A stretch of 27,869 nt of DNA from a virus (Duplodnaviria > Caudoviricetes). Positions 1-7,798 of the stretch are shown in pieces (the stretch's first letter is position 1; every line of letters starts with the position of its first letter). Location of the stretch: positions 1-27,869 of IMG/VR virus record IMGVR_UViG_3300028588_000076; one strand, written 5' to 3'. The position numbers and the translations under genes are program-made. The notes beneath the pieces are model-generated. The model saw only the letters and a list, made by a program, of their open reading frames with translations, had not been told where the DNA came from and did no database searches.

Positions 1-1149
1 TGAACCGCCGACCGAACCACGACCCGGGCCGACAATGATCCCGTTCGTCTTGGCCCACATGACCAAGTCTTCGACCAGCAAGAAGTAGCCGGCGAAGCCC
101 ATCTTTTTCAGCACTGACAATTCATACTTCAGACGCGCCTGATAGACCGGGATATCCTCGGGGCTGGGCATATAGCCGAGCATGGGTTGCGAGAAGCGGC
201 GCTTCCAGCCCTCGATACACTTGCGACCCAACGCCTGAAACTCGTCGGTCGCCATGACCGGGAGTGAGACTGGCATTTTCTTGAAGTCGTAATTGCAGGC
301 GGCGGCGACCTTCTCGACGTTCTCGAGACCGGCTTTCCATCGACCACCGAGCGGGATGCCCCACTTTTGCTGGCGCTGGTGCGCAGCACTGACACGCTTG
401 GCCAACTCATTCGGCGCCTTGAAGCCAAAGCTCTTGACCTGCTGGCGCGGTCGCCATGACGTAGCGATTTTCTGCTGTGTCGTGATGACGTTCAGCACTT
501 CCAGACTGTCGGCGTCTTCATCTTCCCGGTACATGAACGGGTAGGTTGCCAGCGTTTGAATGCCGCCATCTGCCGAGACCTTGAGCGCGCGCGTGTTCAG
601 GGTGTCAAACAGCGGCGTGTCGATCGGCGGAAGTTCGATATAGAAGTCATCGCGAAACTGGTCGCGCAAGTTGAGAACGATCTCCTCATACATTGGATGC
701 GAGAAGACGTTGTAGAAGTCGCCGGTCGTGACGATGCAACCCTCCAACTCCTTGATCTCGTCCCAGCCAACGCGGCTGTGATAGTAGAAGTATTCGCGGC
801 TGTTTGCCTTCGACAGCAGCTTCATCAGCGAGTGAATGCCGGCGTCATCTTTGACGTAGACCTTCAGCATGACCAGCGGGTTAGGCTTGATCGGGTCGCC
901 CGACGCCTTCTTTGGTGCGCGGTACAGTGGATCGTCGACCACCCGAATGCGACAGCCGATGATGGGCTTGATACCCGCCTTCTTCGCTTTGGCACAGAAG
1001 TCTACCAAGTTGTGAACGGACATGTCGTCGACCAGTGCCACGGATTCATAGCCGTGCTTGACCGCCTCCGTGATGATGTGATCTACCTGAAGTAGCGATT
1101 GCCCGATACTGAAGTCCGAGCGAACCGAGAGTGCATGCTTGAGGTTCAT
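1..1149 (-). CDS. dnaE: DNA polymerase III alpha subunit, N-terminal part (runs off the left edge)
   Basis: Not in the ORF track; read by hand at both ends. ATG at 1149 gives MNLKHALSVRSDFSIGQSLL (PHP-domain start). The same frame ends at the edge in ...YFLLVEDLVMWAKTNGIIVGPGRGSVGGS, the DnaE GPGRGS motif. ATGA overlap with the upstream stop. Confidence 0.95.
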   Translation of the reverse strand, partial: MNLKHALSVRSDFSIGQSLLQVDHIITEAVKHGYESVALVDDMSVHNLVDFCAKAKKAGIKPIIGCRIRVVDDPLYRAPKKASGDPIKPNPLVMLKVYVKDDAGIHSLMKLLSKANSREYFYYHSRVGWDEIKELEGCIVTTGDFYNVFSHPMYEEIVLNLRDQFRDDFYIELPPIDTPLFDTLNTRALKVSADGGIQTLATYPFMYREDEDADSLEVLNVITTQQKIATSWRPRQQVKSFGFKAPNELAKRVSAAHQRQQKWGIPLGGRWKAGLENVEKVAAACNYDFKKMPVSLPVMATDEFQALGRKCIEGWKRRFSQPMLGYMPSPEDIPVYQARLKYELSVLKKMGFAGYFLLVEDLVMWAKTNGIIVGPGRGSVGGS

Positions 1150-1436
1150 CCGAACACCTTGCCCAACGCGAAGCCGATCAAGACTGCCGCAACCAGCGCC
1201 ACGGTGACGATGTAGCGCCCCGTATTGGTATTGTCACGATCCTGCTTGATATCTGCGTGTATTTCGTCGCGCAACATCGCCATCATTTTGTCCACGCGCA
1301 GCATCAGCTTTCTATCAGCCTCGGTGACAACGTGATTGATTGCGATTGCCTGCCCGGTCGTGAAGCCGGCGCCCTTGAGCTTATCGACTGCCGATTGAAC
1401 CCTTGGCGGATCGCCGTAATCGTATCCATCTGCCAT
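1146..1436 (-). CDS. Small coiled-coil protein with C-terminal transmembrane helix (DUF1640/CCDC90-like)
   Basis: Start moved to MADGY (purine-rich AAAGGGAAA upstream). KLKGAGFTTGQAIAI resembles the DUF1640 L..aGF...QA.A motif; hydrophobic tail IVTVALVAAVLIGFALG. Confidence 0.65.
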   Translation of the reverse strand: MADGYDYGDPPRVQSAVDKLKGAGFTTGQAIAINHVVTEADRKLMLRVDKMMAMLRDEIHADIKQDRDNTNTGRYIVTVALVAAVLIGFALGKVFG

Positions 1437-1455
1437 GATTTCCCTTTCGTTGTGA

Positions 1456-2148
1456 TTATTCATTGTCGCAATACAGTGCAGGATTGATGACGAAGGCGCC
1501 CGAGCTATCCGGTACGGCAATCTTAAAGCTGTATAGCAGTGCGCATGCCAGCGCAACGTGACTCGCCGCGGTCGTATCGCCCCACTTCAACTCCGACACC
1601 AACTGCATCTTGAACTGCGCTTTGGTAAAACCGCCACGCATGAGCATGTCACATGCAACACGCAAATATTTTGGCCCACTCTCAGCGAACGGGTTGCCCT
1701 GTACCGGTAACAGGCTGCGCATATCGTCAACCTTACCGTTCTTGCACAGTACGATCGCCTGTTCACGCGCTTTGAGGTTTTTTGTTCCAAGCATGTCGAT
1801 TGTCGCCTGGTCTTCGGGTGAAATGCTATGCACCGTCTTGACCATTGGCGTAGTGCGCTCAAGCGGCTGCACAATCGCCGGCGCTTGCGACACAGGGACC
1901 GTCGATGGCTCAACTGGTTTCTTTTTGCCCGGTGGGCTTAAGCGGTGCGCTACGCGTGCGCGTGCCGCTTTGTGACGCGCCAGCAAGTCAGTCACATCGA
2001 CAAGCTGGCGAATTTCTTGCAGCGTTTTGACCGATTCTTCGCCGCAACCGGCGTAAGCGGGGCATGCTTGGCACACCACCGAGTCCGCTCCGTACACACT
2101 GGCGCTTGCAAAGCAGCCTGGAGCTTGTTGTTCGGCTGTCGCTGTCAT
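1456..2148 (-). CDS. Hypothetical protein: N-terminal 4-Cys cluster, possible C-terminal winged helix
   Basis: 230-aa ORF with ATGA coupling to the upstream gene; CFAS...CQACPAYAGC; Pro-rich linker. Confidence 0.75.
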   Translation of the reverse strand: MTATAEQQAPGCFASASVYGADSVVCQACPAYAGCGEESVKTLQEIRQLVDVTDLLARHKAARARVAHRLSPPGKKKPVEPSTVPVSQAPAIVQPLERTTPMVKTVHSISPEDQATIDMLGTKNLKAREQAIVLCKNGKVDDMRSLLPVQGNPFAESGPKYLRVACDMLMRGGFTKAQFKMQLVSELKWGDTTAASHVALACALLYSFKIAVPDSSGAFVINPALYCDNE

Positions 2149-2900
2149 CTTGCGTAAATCTCCTCGATTCTCTCTACCACGCGTTCCAACTCTGCTTCGG
2201 CAAGCACAAGCTGACCTTTTGGCACATCTGTGACCAGCCCAACGAACTTTTTCACCGCTGACACTGACACACCGTCGCGCAGCCCCTTGGGGCGCTTTCC
2301 TGCGGCGAGGGCGCGATCTGCATACGCTTCCTGCGCTGCCAGTTCACGCAACAGTTCAGGTGGTGGGTTACGCAACCATTCAACCATGAGTAGCGCCAAT
2401 GGTGACAAGTCAGCGGTGACTTGGTTCCACACCTGTTGAAACTCAACGATTTCCTCGGGAGTGCGCATTTCCGAGGCGATCGATTCTTCAAACGACGAAT
2501 AATCCTCGTCACGCGAGGTCAAGTCACCGAAGTTCATCGGCTGCAGACCGTATGCCATTTCTGGCAGTTCCGCTTGACCCAACCCGCGCCGGCGCGCATT
2601 TTCCTCTTTGCGCTGCACGATCTCGGCGCGCTGGTCGGTATTGAGGTTTTTGACACCGGTCATGATGCCAATCTCACGGCGAAATTCAGAGAATGCCGCC
2701 TGGGTATAGTACGTTGAAAACTTGAAACCACTGTCCGGGTTATAGCTTTGCGCAGCGGTCAGAAATGCCACGCTGGCGATCTGAAACATGTCGTCGTAGT
2801 TCAGACCGCAGCCGGTCTTTGACGCCCACTGCAAACCACGCCTGGCTTGCAAGTGGACGAGGCCGACATTGTCTTCAAACTTGACTGCCGGCTGAGACAT
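2145..2900 (-). CDS. Divergent sigma-70-family (region 2) transcription factor
   Basis: NVGLVHLQARR...GLNYDDMFQIASVAFLTAAQSYNPDSGFKFSTY matches the sigma-70 region 2 pattern NLRLV...DL.QEG..GL..A...FDP..G.KFSTY. Start taken as MSQPA, 1 nt after the cobS-like stop. Confidence 0.8.
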   Translation of the reverse strand: MSQPAVKFEDNVGLVHLQARRGLQWASKTGCGLNYDDMFQIASVAFLTAAQSYNPDSGFKFSTYYTQAAFSEFRREIGIMTGVKNLNTDQRAEIVQRKEENARRRGLGQAELPEMAYGLQPMNFGDLTSRDEDYSSFEESIASEMRTPEEIVEFQQVWNQVTADLSPLALLMVEWLRNPPPELLRELAAQEAYADRALAAGKRPKGLRDGVSVSAVKKFVGLVTDVPKGQLVLAEAELERVVERIEEIYAR

Positions 2901-2901
2901 G

Positions 2902-4113
2902 TTACACCGCCCCGAAGATACGCTGCGCCAGACCGTCTGCCACTTCGCGGTCAACCTTGCACAGCTTGCTGATGAAGGAGCGGTTCAGCCCATGACGGAA
3001 CGAACCACGCAGTACGCCGATGCGGCTTGCGTAAATCAGGGTACGCGGCGACACGGTGTCGCTCATACGACCGGCAGCGAACGCTTCGCGAATCTGCGTG
3101 GCGAAGTCGATCATCTTGTCAGCGTCTGGCTCGTTCATGGCGCAAGTGTTCTGCAAAATCTTGCTTTCAGCTTTCTTGTCCATGTATTGCTTGTTGATGA
3201 CCATGCCGAAGCGGTCATAGTTCGCGCTGTTCTGAATCAGGGTGCCTTGATATAACCCGGTCTCGTCGCCCGAACCGTTCGTGTTGCCAGTTGCGGCCAT
3301 ACGGAAGTTGGGATGCGGTTTGATGACCCGCAGTTCAGCCGGCGCCTCTTTGATGACCAGCGGCTTACCTTCCAACACCGCCTGGTACACCGCCAGCACG
3401 CTTGGCATTGCGAAGTCGTATTCGTCAGCCACATACACCCAGCCGTTGATCATTGCCATCGGGAGCGGGCCGAGTTCGAACACGGTCTCGCCACCCTTGA
3501 CGGTCCACTGCCCGACGATGTGGCTTTCTTCGGTGTTCACGGTATGCTGCACACGCTGCATTGGCCGGTTGGTACGGGCGCAGACTTGCTCCCACAGTTC
3601 GGACTTGCCCGAACCTTTGTGGCCCCAAATGTAGCAGGGAATGTTCTTCTCGACGGCCAGGATCACGTCCTTGAGTTCGTCGATGTTGTAGACGTAGTTG
3701 TTCGACACTGCCGGCACCATGTCTTGCTGGTCGTGCTTGGTCATGACACTGATCGGAATCGGGTCGCCGCGCTTGTTCATCGCAGCTTTGATTGAGCCAA
3801 AATCGAACACTTCGTGCAGCGGTCGCGGGACCAGTTGGCCCTTCGGGATCAGGGCCGAAATGCTGGCGCCTTCTTCCTTCGTCACCGCTGCCGAGGCAGT
3901 CATTTCCATGACCGCTTCTTCCTTGACGGCGGCTTGTTCTTCGCGCTTTTTCTTTTCCAGCAGATCGATCGCCGCTTGCGACATCACTGGCTCGCCTGGG
4001 TAGAGCGAGCGGTATTGATCGAGGGTGATACCGGCGTGCGCTTCTGCCAGGTGACGCTGAATGACATGGGTCTGAGCGCCGCAAATCTTGCAGCTAATTT
4101 TTTGATTGCTCAT
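2902..4113 (-). CDS. CobS/MoxR-like AAA+ ATPase with N-terminal C2H2 (Ros/MucR-like) zinc finger
   Basis: Walker A GHKGSGKS, Walker B YVADEYD, HPNFRMAATGNTNG, ANYDRF, SPRTL; N-terminal CKICG...RHLAEAH...QYR. Confidence 0.92.
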   Translation of the reverse strand: MSNQKISCKICGAQTHVIQRHLAEAHAGITLDQYRSLYPGEPVMSQAAIDLLEKKKREEQAAVKEEAVMEMTASAAVTKEEGASISALIPKGQLVPRPLHEVFDFGSIKAAMNKRGDPIPISVMTKHDQQDMVPAVSNNYVYNIDELKDVILAVEKNIPCYIWGHKGSGKSELWEQVCARTNRPMQRVQHTVNTEESHIVGQWTVKGGETVFELGPLPMAMINGWVYVADEYDFAMPSVLAVYQAVLEGKPLVIKEAPAELRVIKPHPNFRMAATGNTNGSGDETGLYQGTLIQNSANYDRFGMVINKQYMDKKAESKILQNTCAMNEPDADKMIDFATQIREAFAAGRMSDTVSPRTLIYASRIGVLRGSFRHGLNRSFISKLCKVDREVADGLAQRIFGAV

Positions 4114-4179
4114 TGAGCTTTTTCTCCGATGCGACCGACTTCCGGTCAGGTTGATATTGCGCTTCGTGTGACAGACATC

Positions 4180-4223
4180 ATGATAAGCGGGTCGGTCAGG
4201 AACCGCAAGTCAGTGATGACTGA
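4180..4223 (-). promoter_or_regulatory. Promoter TTGCGG-17-TATCAT with TCCTGACCG spacer box; operator palindrome (4206-4223) over the -35
   Basis: -35 at 4203-4208, -10 at 4180-4185; CAAGTCA-gtga-TGACTGA. Confidence 0.75.
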
Positions 4224-4249
4224 TCTTATGCGGTTCCGTCACGGTTGCC

Positions 4250-6184
4250 TTACTTAATGAGTACGGCGCGCAACTCCTTCATGACAACGGTTGGCAATTC
4301 GCTGACGTTGTGCAGCACAAGCGACTTCGGATAATACTGACGCACCGCGTCCGACTCGATCCCGATCCCCAGCACATTGACGCCCGCCTTCATGATCGCC
4401 TTGACGGTTTTCTTCAAGTGCTTCGACAGTTCTGCCGACGAACCAGCAGCGTGCGGAGCGCCATCAGACAAGACCATCATGATCTTGCCGGCTTCACGAC
4501 GCGCCATCAGACGACGCGCGGCGATCTCGATGCACTCGCCGTCGACGTTATTGCGCAAGTCGCTGCAATGCGGAAGCCAGGCAAAGCGCTGCTTGATGTT
4601 GGGCAGCAAGCGCTCGTCGAAGCCTTTCAAGATTGGCATATACAGCGATTCATTGCGGCTATAGCTGCGCCCAATCTTGGCAATCTCGCTTTCGTAATGC
4701 GCCCGGTCGTCATATGCGGCGCGACCAGTCGTGAAACAGATCACTTCGCAAGGGATGCCGATACGCTCGAGAACCGACGCCAGGGCATATGCGGCGCGAC
4801 TGGCGGTCGTCACCTTGGTGCCGCTCATCGAACCGCTCATATCCACCACCAGTTCAACGGCGACGTCTTTGTTGGTCACTTCGTGCTTTTTGCGAAACAC
4901 CCGCGGATCACCCACCGCCAAGCGGCTCAGGTTGGCAGGGTTAAGACGACCGCTGCGGTGACCGGATACCCACTGCGACAGCGACCGGGCCGAGATCGCA
5001 CGCTCCAGGTCTTTTTGCAGCGGGCCAACCATGTGATCCACATCGTCGACCATATTGCGCATGTAGTCGTCCCTGTAGCCTGTACCGACGACAAGCGGCT
5101 CGATCACATCAAAGTCCTTGGTGTAGATCAGATACTCGGCATCACTGGCGGCATCAGCGGCGCTGTTGGTAATGACCGATGACACGCAATCGTCGAAGTC
5201 GACTGCCATGTTTTTGTCGATGTCGTTCCAGGTCATGGCGCTTGACGAAGCGATATCTTCTTCATTGCCTTCTGGTGCGGCGCGCTCGCCCGGTTCAGCA
5301 TCGCCGGGCGTGTCGTCACCTTTTTCGTCACCTATGGTCATGTCGCCCGAAGGGTCGGCAGATGGGTCGCCGGCACCGCTGCCAGGGTCGCTTGGGTCGC
5401 CGCTCGGATCAGACGGATCACCGCTCGGGTCAGATGGATCAGAAGGGTCAGAGGGATCGCTCGGGCCAGCGCCGCTTGGCGTCTTCAATGGTGGTGGCGA
5501 AGCAGAAGGGTCCGCTGGGTCGCTCGGGTCAGATGGATCGCTCGGCAGCGCTGACAAGCGTTTCTTGATCGTCGACGCCAACTTCAGACAGTCGTCCGTC
5601 GTAACAAGCGCTTCGATCTGAGGAACCAGGTCCTTGATCTTGTCATACTGCTCTTGCACGTGCGCCATCTTGTCTTTCATGAAGTCGCGGTAGACATGCT
5701 GACCTGCCATCCCGCGCAGCAGCGGCACCATGAGCAAACCAACAGCCTTTTCGTTATCACCTTGTGCCAGCGCCTCTTCCAGTTTTGGCATGGTGTACTT
5801 CTCGAGGAAGAATTTGCCGACCCGGTTCAGGTTATCGGCCGACCCTTCGAAGCGCTTGGACATTTCACGCTCGATGCGCGAGTCTTCCAGCAGGTTGAGC
5901 ATGTTACCGGTGCCTTCACGCATCGCTTTTGGCATGGCGTTGAAGTCGGTGAACAGAATGTGCGCCACTTCGTGATCCAGAAAACCCTGGACCGCGTCGA
6001 TCAGTTCGTCAGTGCCGTTGTCAGGGATGAACGGCAGGTTGACCAGAAATGGCACACCCTTCTCGTTCGCTTTGACATACGCTTTGATGCCGCGTTGCGT
6101 CACTTGAATACTTTTGCCGGCAAGCATCTGCGTGATCTTGACGATCGCCTCACGCATGATATGGACTCGGTCGTTCATCGCCAT
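4250..6184 (-). CDS. CobT-like vWA protein (N-terminal HExxH domain, DPS-repeat linker, C-terminal vWA)
   Basis: DHEVAH; MIDAS VVDMSGSM, N.DGE, VLSDGAP, GIGI; lies directly upstream of the CobS-like ATPase. Confidence 0.92.
   Translation of the reverse strand: MAMNDRVHIMREAIVKITQMLAGKSIQVTQRGIKAYVKANEKGVPFLVNLPFIPDNGTDELIDAVQGFLDHEVAHILFTDFNAMPKAMREGTGNMLNLLEDSRIEREMSKRFEGSADNLNRVGKFFLEKYTMPKLEEALAQGDNEKAVGLLMVPLLRGMAGQHVYRDFMKDKMAHVQEQYDKIKDLVPQIEALVTTDDCLKLASTIKKRLSALPSDPSDPSDPADPSASPPPLKTPSGAGPSDPSDPSDPSDPSGDPSDPSGDPSDPGSGAGDPSADPSGDMTIGDEKGDDTPGDAEPGERAAPEGNEEDIASSSAMTWNDIDKNMAVDFDDCVSSVITNSAADAASDAEYLIYTKDFDVIEPLVVGTGYRDDYMRNMVDDVDHMVGPLQKDLERAISARSLSQWVSGHRSGRLNPANLSRLAVGDPRVFRKKHEVTNKDVAVELVVDMSGSMSGTKVTTASRAAYALASVLERIGIPCEVICFTTGRAAYDDRAHYESEIAKIGRSYSRNESLYMPILKGFDERLLPNIKQRFAWLPHCSDLRNNVDGECIEIAARRLMARREAGKIMMVLSDGAPHAAGSSAELSKHLKKTVKAIMKAGVNVLGIGIESDAVRQYYPKSLVLHNVSELPTVVMKELRAVLIK
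5340..5545 (-). repeat. Imperfect 9/12-bp coding tandem repeats encoding (DPS)n/(GDPS)n
   Basis: PSDPSDPSDPADPSA and GPSDPSDPSDPSDPSGDPSDPSGDPSDPG; CGCTCGGGTCAGATGGATC occurs twice (about 5422 and 5521). Confidence 0.9.
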
Positions 6185-6201
6185 GTGGTTTTCCCTTATG
6201 T

Positions 6202-6254
6202 TAAGTAATTTCTGACTGACGATATACTATAAACAGAGCGGTCAGGACGCACAA
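6202..6254 (-). promoter_or_regulatory. Promoter TTGTGC-17-TATAGT with TCCTGACCG box; operator (6202-6219) at or just after the predicted start site
   Basis: -35 at 6249-6254, -10 at 6226-6231; TAAGTAA-tttc-TGACTGA. Confidence 0.75.
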
Positions 6255-6276
6255 GATGGCATTCGATTGCGCCATA

Positions 6277-6302
6277 GAAAAAGGCGGGACATTGCCCGCC
6301 TT
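6277..6302 (-). terminator. Intrinsic terminator
   Basis: AAGGCGGG-acattg-CCCGCCTT stem followed by a T-run on the minus strand, 20 nt after the 6323 stop. Confidence 0.75.
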
Positions 6303-6322
6303 CAAAACAAGTCAGCCGTGGA

Positions 6323-6538
6323 TCACAAACGCATCGCTGCGCTTTTCTCTCCGCTGGTGTTGATCAGAATCATCGAACCGAGTTGCGCATGGCTTACCAG
6401 TTCGATCATTGTGCTGCCCAGGTCCAAGAATGATTGCGTGGCAGAACGCTCTTTCAAGTCAATGTATCCGTCAAGGTCGAGGCTGACCAGTTGATTTTGT
6501 GGGAAAATTGGGGTTGCTGCCAGTGCCGCTGCGGTCAT
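6323..6538 (-). CDS. Small hypothetical protein (71 aa), monocistronic, divergent from the repressor
   Basis: AAGGAG RBS before ATG 6538, TATAAT at about 6589-6594, own terminator. Confidence 0.7.
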   Translation of the reverse strand: MTAAALAATPIFPQNQLVSLDLDGYIDLKERSATQSFLDLGSTMIELVSHAQLGSMILINTSGEKSAAMRL

Positions 6539-6718
6539 GTGACTTGCTCCTTGGGATTGTTTTGTTATGTTAGACACCTAACATAGCCATTATAGTTCAA
6601 GCGTTTCGTAAATTGACTGTGATCAATTTAATTTAATCATCATTTCTCTGCATAAACCCTATTGACAAATTTCGACTGCCGTCCCAAGTAAATATGCAGC
6701 CGTAGCATGCGCATGCAC

Positions 6719-6759
6719 TATAATTGATTCGTTACCAATATTAAATCACTAGCGACTTA
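6719..6759 (+). promoter_or_regulatory. Repressor promoter region: TATAAT (6719-6724) and operator copy (6742-6759)
   Basis: TAAATCA-ctag-CGACTTA lies between the -10 box and the AAGGAG RBS; no clear -35. Confidence 0.6.
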
Positions 6760-6782
6760 TTGTTGCCAAAAAGGAGTTTCAA

Positions 6783-7235
6783 ATGTCCGCCCTGCAAGAT
6801 CGTACCACTGTCACCGCCACTCGTTCGCGCCGTCGCTCGTCCGTTACTGTTGCTGAGTACCTGACCGAACAGATTCGCCTGTCTGGCAAGACTCAGCACG
6901 AAATCGCACAGGAAGCGGGCTTCAACAAACCGAACATCATTTCGATGTTCAAGAAGGGCGAAACCAAACTTCCACTGAGCAAGGTTGGCCCAATGGCACG
7001 CGCGCTCGGTGTTGATCCTGTTGTTCTGTTTCGCATGGTCATGAACGAGTACGAGCCACAAACCTGGCAAGCCATCGAAGAAACCGTTCTCGGTCAGCCT
7101 GTACTGACACAAAACGAGATCGACATCATCGAAGTGATCCGCACCGGCAAGGTGAGCGATCCCAAGATTCGCACGCGCGAAGACGAGATTCGTATCCTCG
7201 ATGCGATCGCACCAATGAAATCTGATAACCTGTAA
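6783..7235 (+). CDS. XRE/Cro-CI family HTH repressor
   Basis: SGKTQHEIAQEAGFNKPNIISMFKKGETKLPLSKVGPMARALGVDP HTH; AAGGAG RBS; only convincing plus-strand gene; followed by a terminator. Confidence 0.9.
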   Translation: MSALQDRTTVTATRSRRRSSVTVAEYLTEQIRLSGKTQHEIAQEAGFNKPNIISMFKKGETKLPLSKVGPMARALGVDPVVLFRMVMNEYEPQTWQAIEETVLGQPVLTQNEIDIIEVIRTGKVSDPKIRTREDEIRILDAIAPMKSDNL

Positions 7236-7257
7236 CCCGCTTTCGTTCTGAGCCTTT

Positions 7258-7281
7258 AGCGCCCTTCGGGGCGTTTTTTTT
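7258..7281 (+). terminator. Intrinsic terminator of the repressor gene
   Basis: AGCGCCC-TTCG-GGGCGTT followed by a T-run. Confidence 0.9.
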
Positions 7282-7389
7282 CGCCCTTGCGTTAACCAAC
7301 GGCATTATAGGTGAGAGTGGTTTGCACACAATGACTGTTGGAAGGTAGCAACGCAAATAAAGCGCTTGACAGAACCCGCTAGAAGATCG

Positions 7390-7427
7390 CCATTCAGGGC
7401 GGTTGGTATGTCGCCCTGAATGGTTTT
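7390..7427. terminator. 12-bp perfect hairpin; T-tail on the + strand, may also stop the convergent ligase operon
   Basis: CCATTCAGGGCG (7390-7401) / CGCCCTGAATGG (7412-7423), then TTTT. Confidence 0.65.
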
Positions 7428-7434
7428 CTGGCCC

Positions 7435-7611
7435 TTAGCGGGTATCAGACAGCTTGGCGGTGATCATGGTCAAGAACTTGGTCATGGTGAACAGCGGCAC
7501 CTCATTGCCGGCGTTGTCGACGATCTTGATGATGGTATGCCTGCCTTGCGTGACCACGTGCTCAGTCCATGGAAAGGTCGCTTTCGCTGCCTGGTATTCC
7601 GCATTAGTCAC
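7435..7611 (-). CDS. Small hypothetical protein
   Basis: Probable GTG start at 7611 (MTNAEYQAAK...) with GAGGG upstream, overlapping the previous stop. Confidence 0.6.
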   Translation of the reverse strand: MTNAEYQAAKATFPWTEHVVTQGRHTIIKIVDNAGNEVPLFTMTKFLTMITAKLSDTR

Positions 7612-7798
7612 AATTGCCACCCTCGCTGACATCGAACGTATCTGGCGGCAGGCCATCGATCCAGACCCACGCTTGCACGTAAGCGCCGTTATCGTCACCG
7701 AACGATACTGCGGCGTCACCGTCAAACTCAATGTCGCCGTCTTTGTGACGCGTGTCAGCGGCGCGCTCGCGATACCATTGATGAATGTCGGTACTCAT
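7604..7798 (-). CDS. Small acidic hypothetical protein
   Basis: ATGA-coupled to the ligase stop; ...GAYVQAWVWI. Confidence 0.7.
   Translation of the reverse strand: MSTDIHQWYRERAADTRHKDGDIEFDGDAAVSFGDDNGAYVQAWVWIDGLPPDTFDVSEGGNCD

Noticed and set aside
3425-4084. 219-aa alternate-frame minus-strand ORF, and 13529-14218
   Set aside because: Arg/Ser-rich frame artefacts nested inside strongly supported genes.
5340-5545. CRISPR-like array
   Set aside because: In-frame 9/12-bp coding repeats with no spacers and no cas genes.
2902-6184. Cobalamin biosynthesis auxiliary genes
   Set aside because: No cobN or other cob genes in the window; extra domains and gene context point to a generic AAA+/vWA role.
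6308-6325. Additional operator copy CAAGTCA-gccg-TGGATCA
   Set aside because: Right arm too degenerate; a half-site at best.
7366-7371. TTGACA boxes at 7366 and 6662 as promoters
   Set aside because: No acceptable -10 at 16-18 bp spacing.
7380-7430. tRNA
   Set aside because: A single hairpin; no cloverleaf, T-loop GTTCRA or CCA end.
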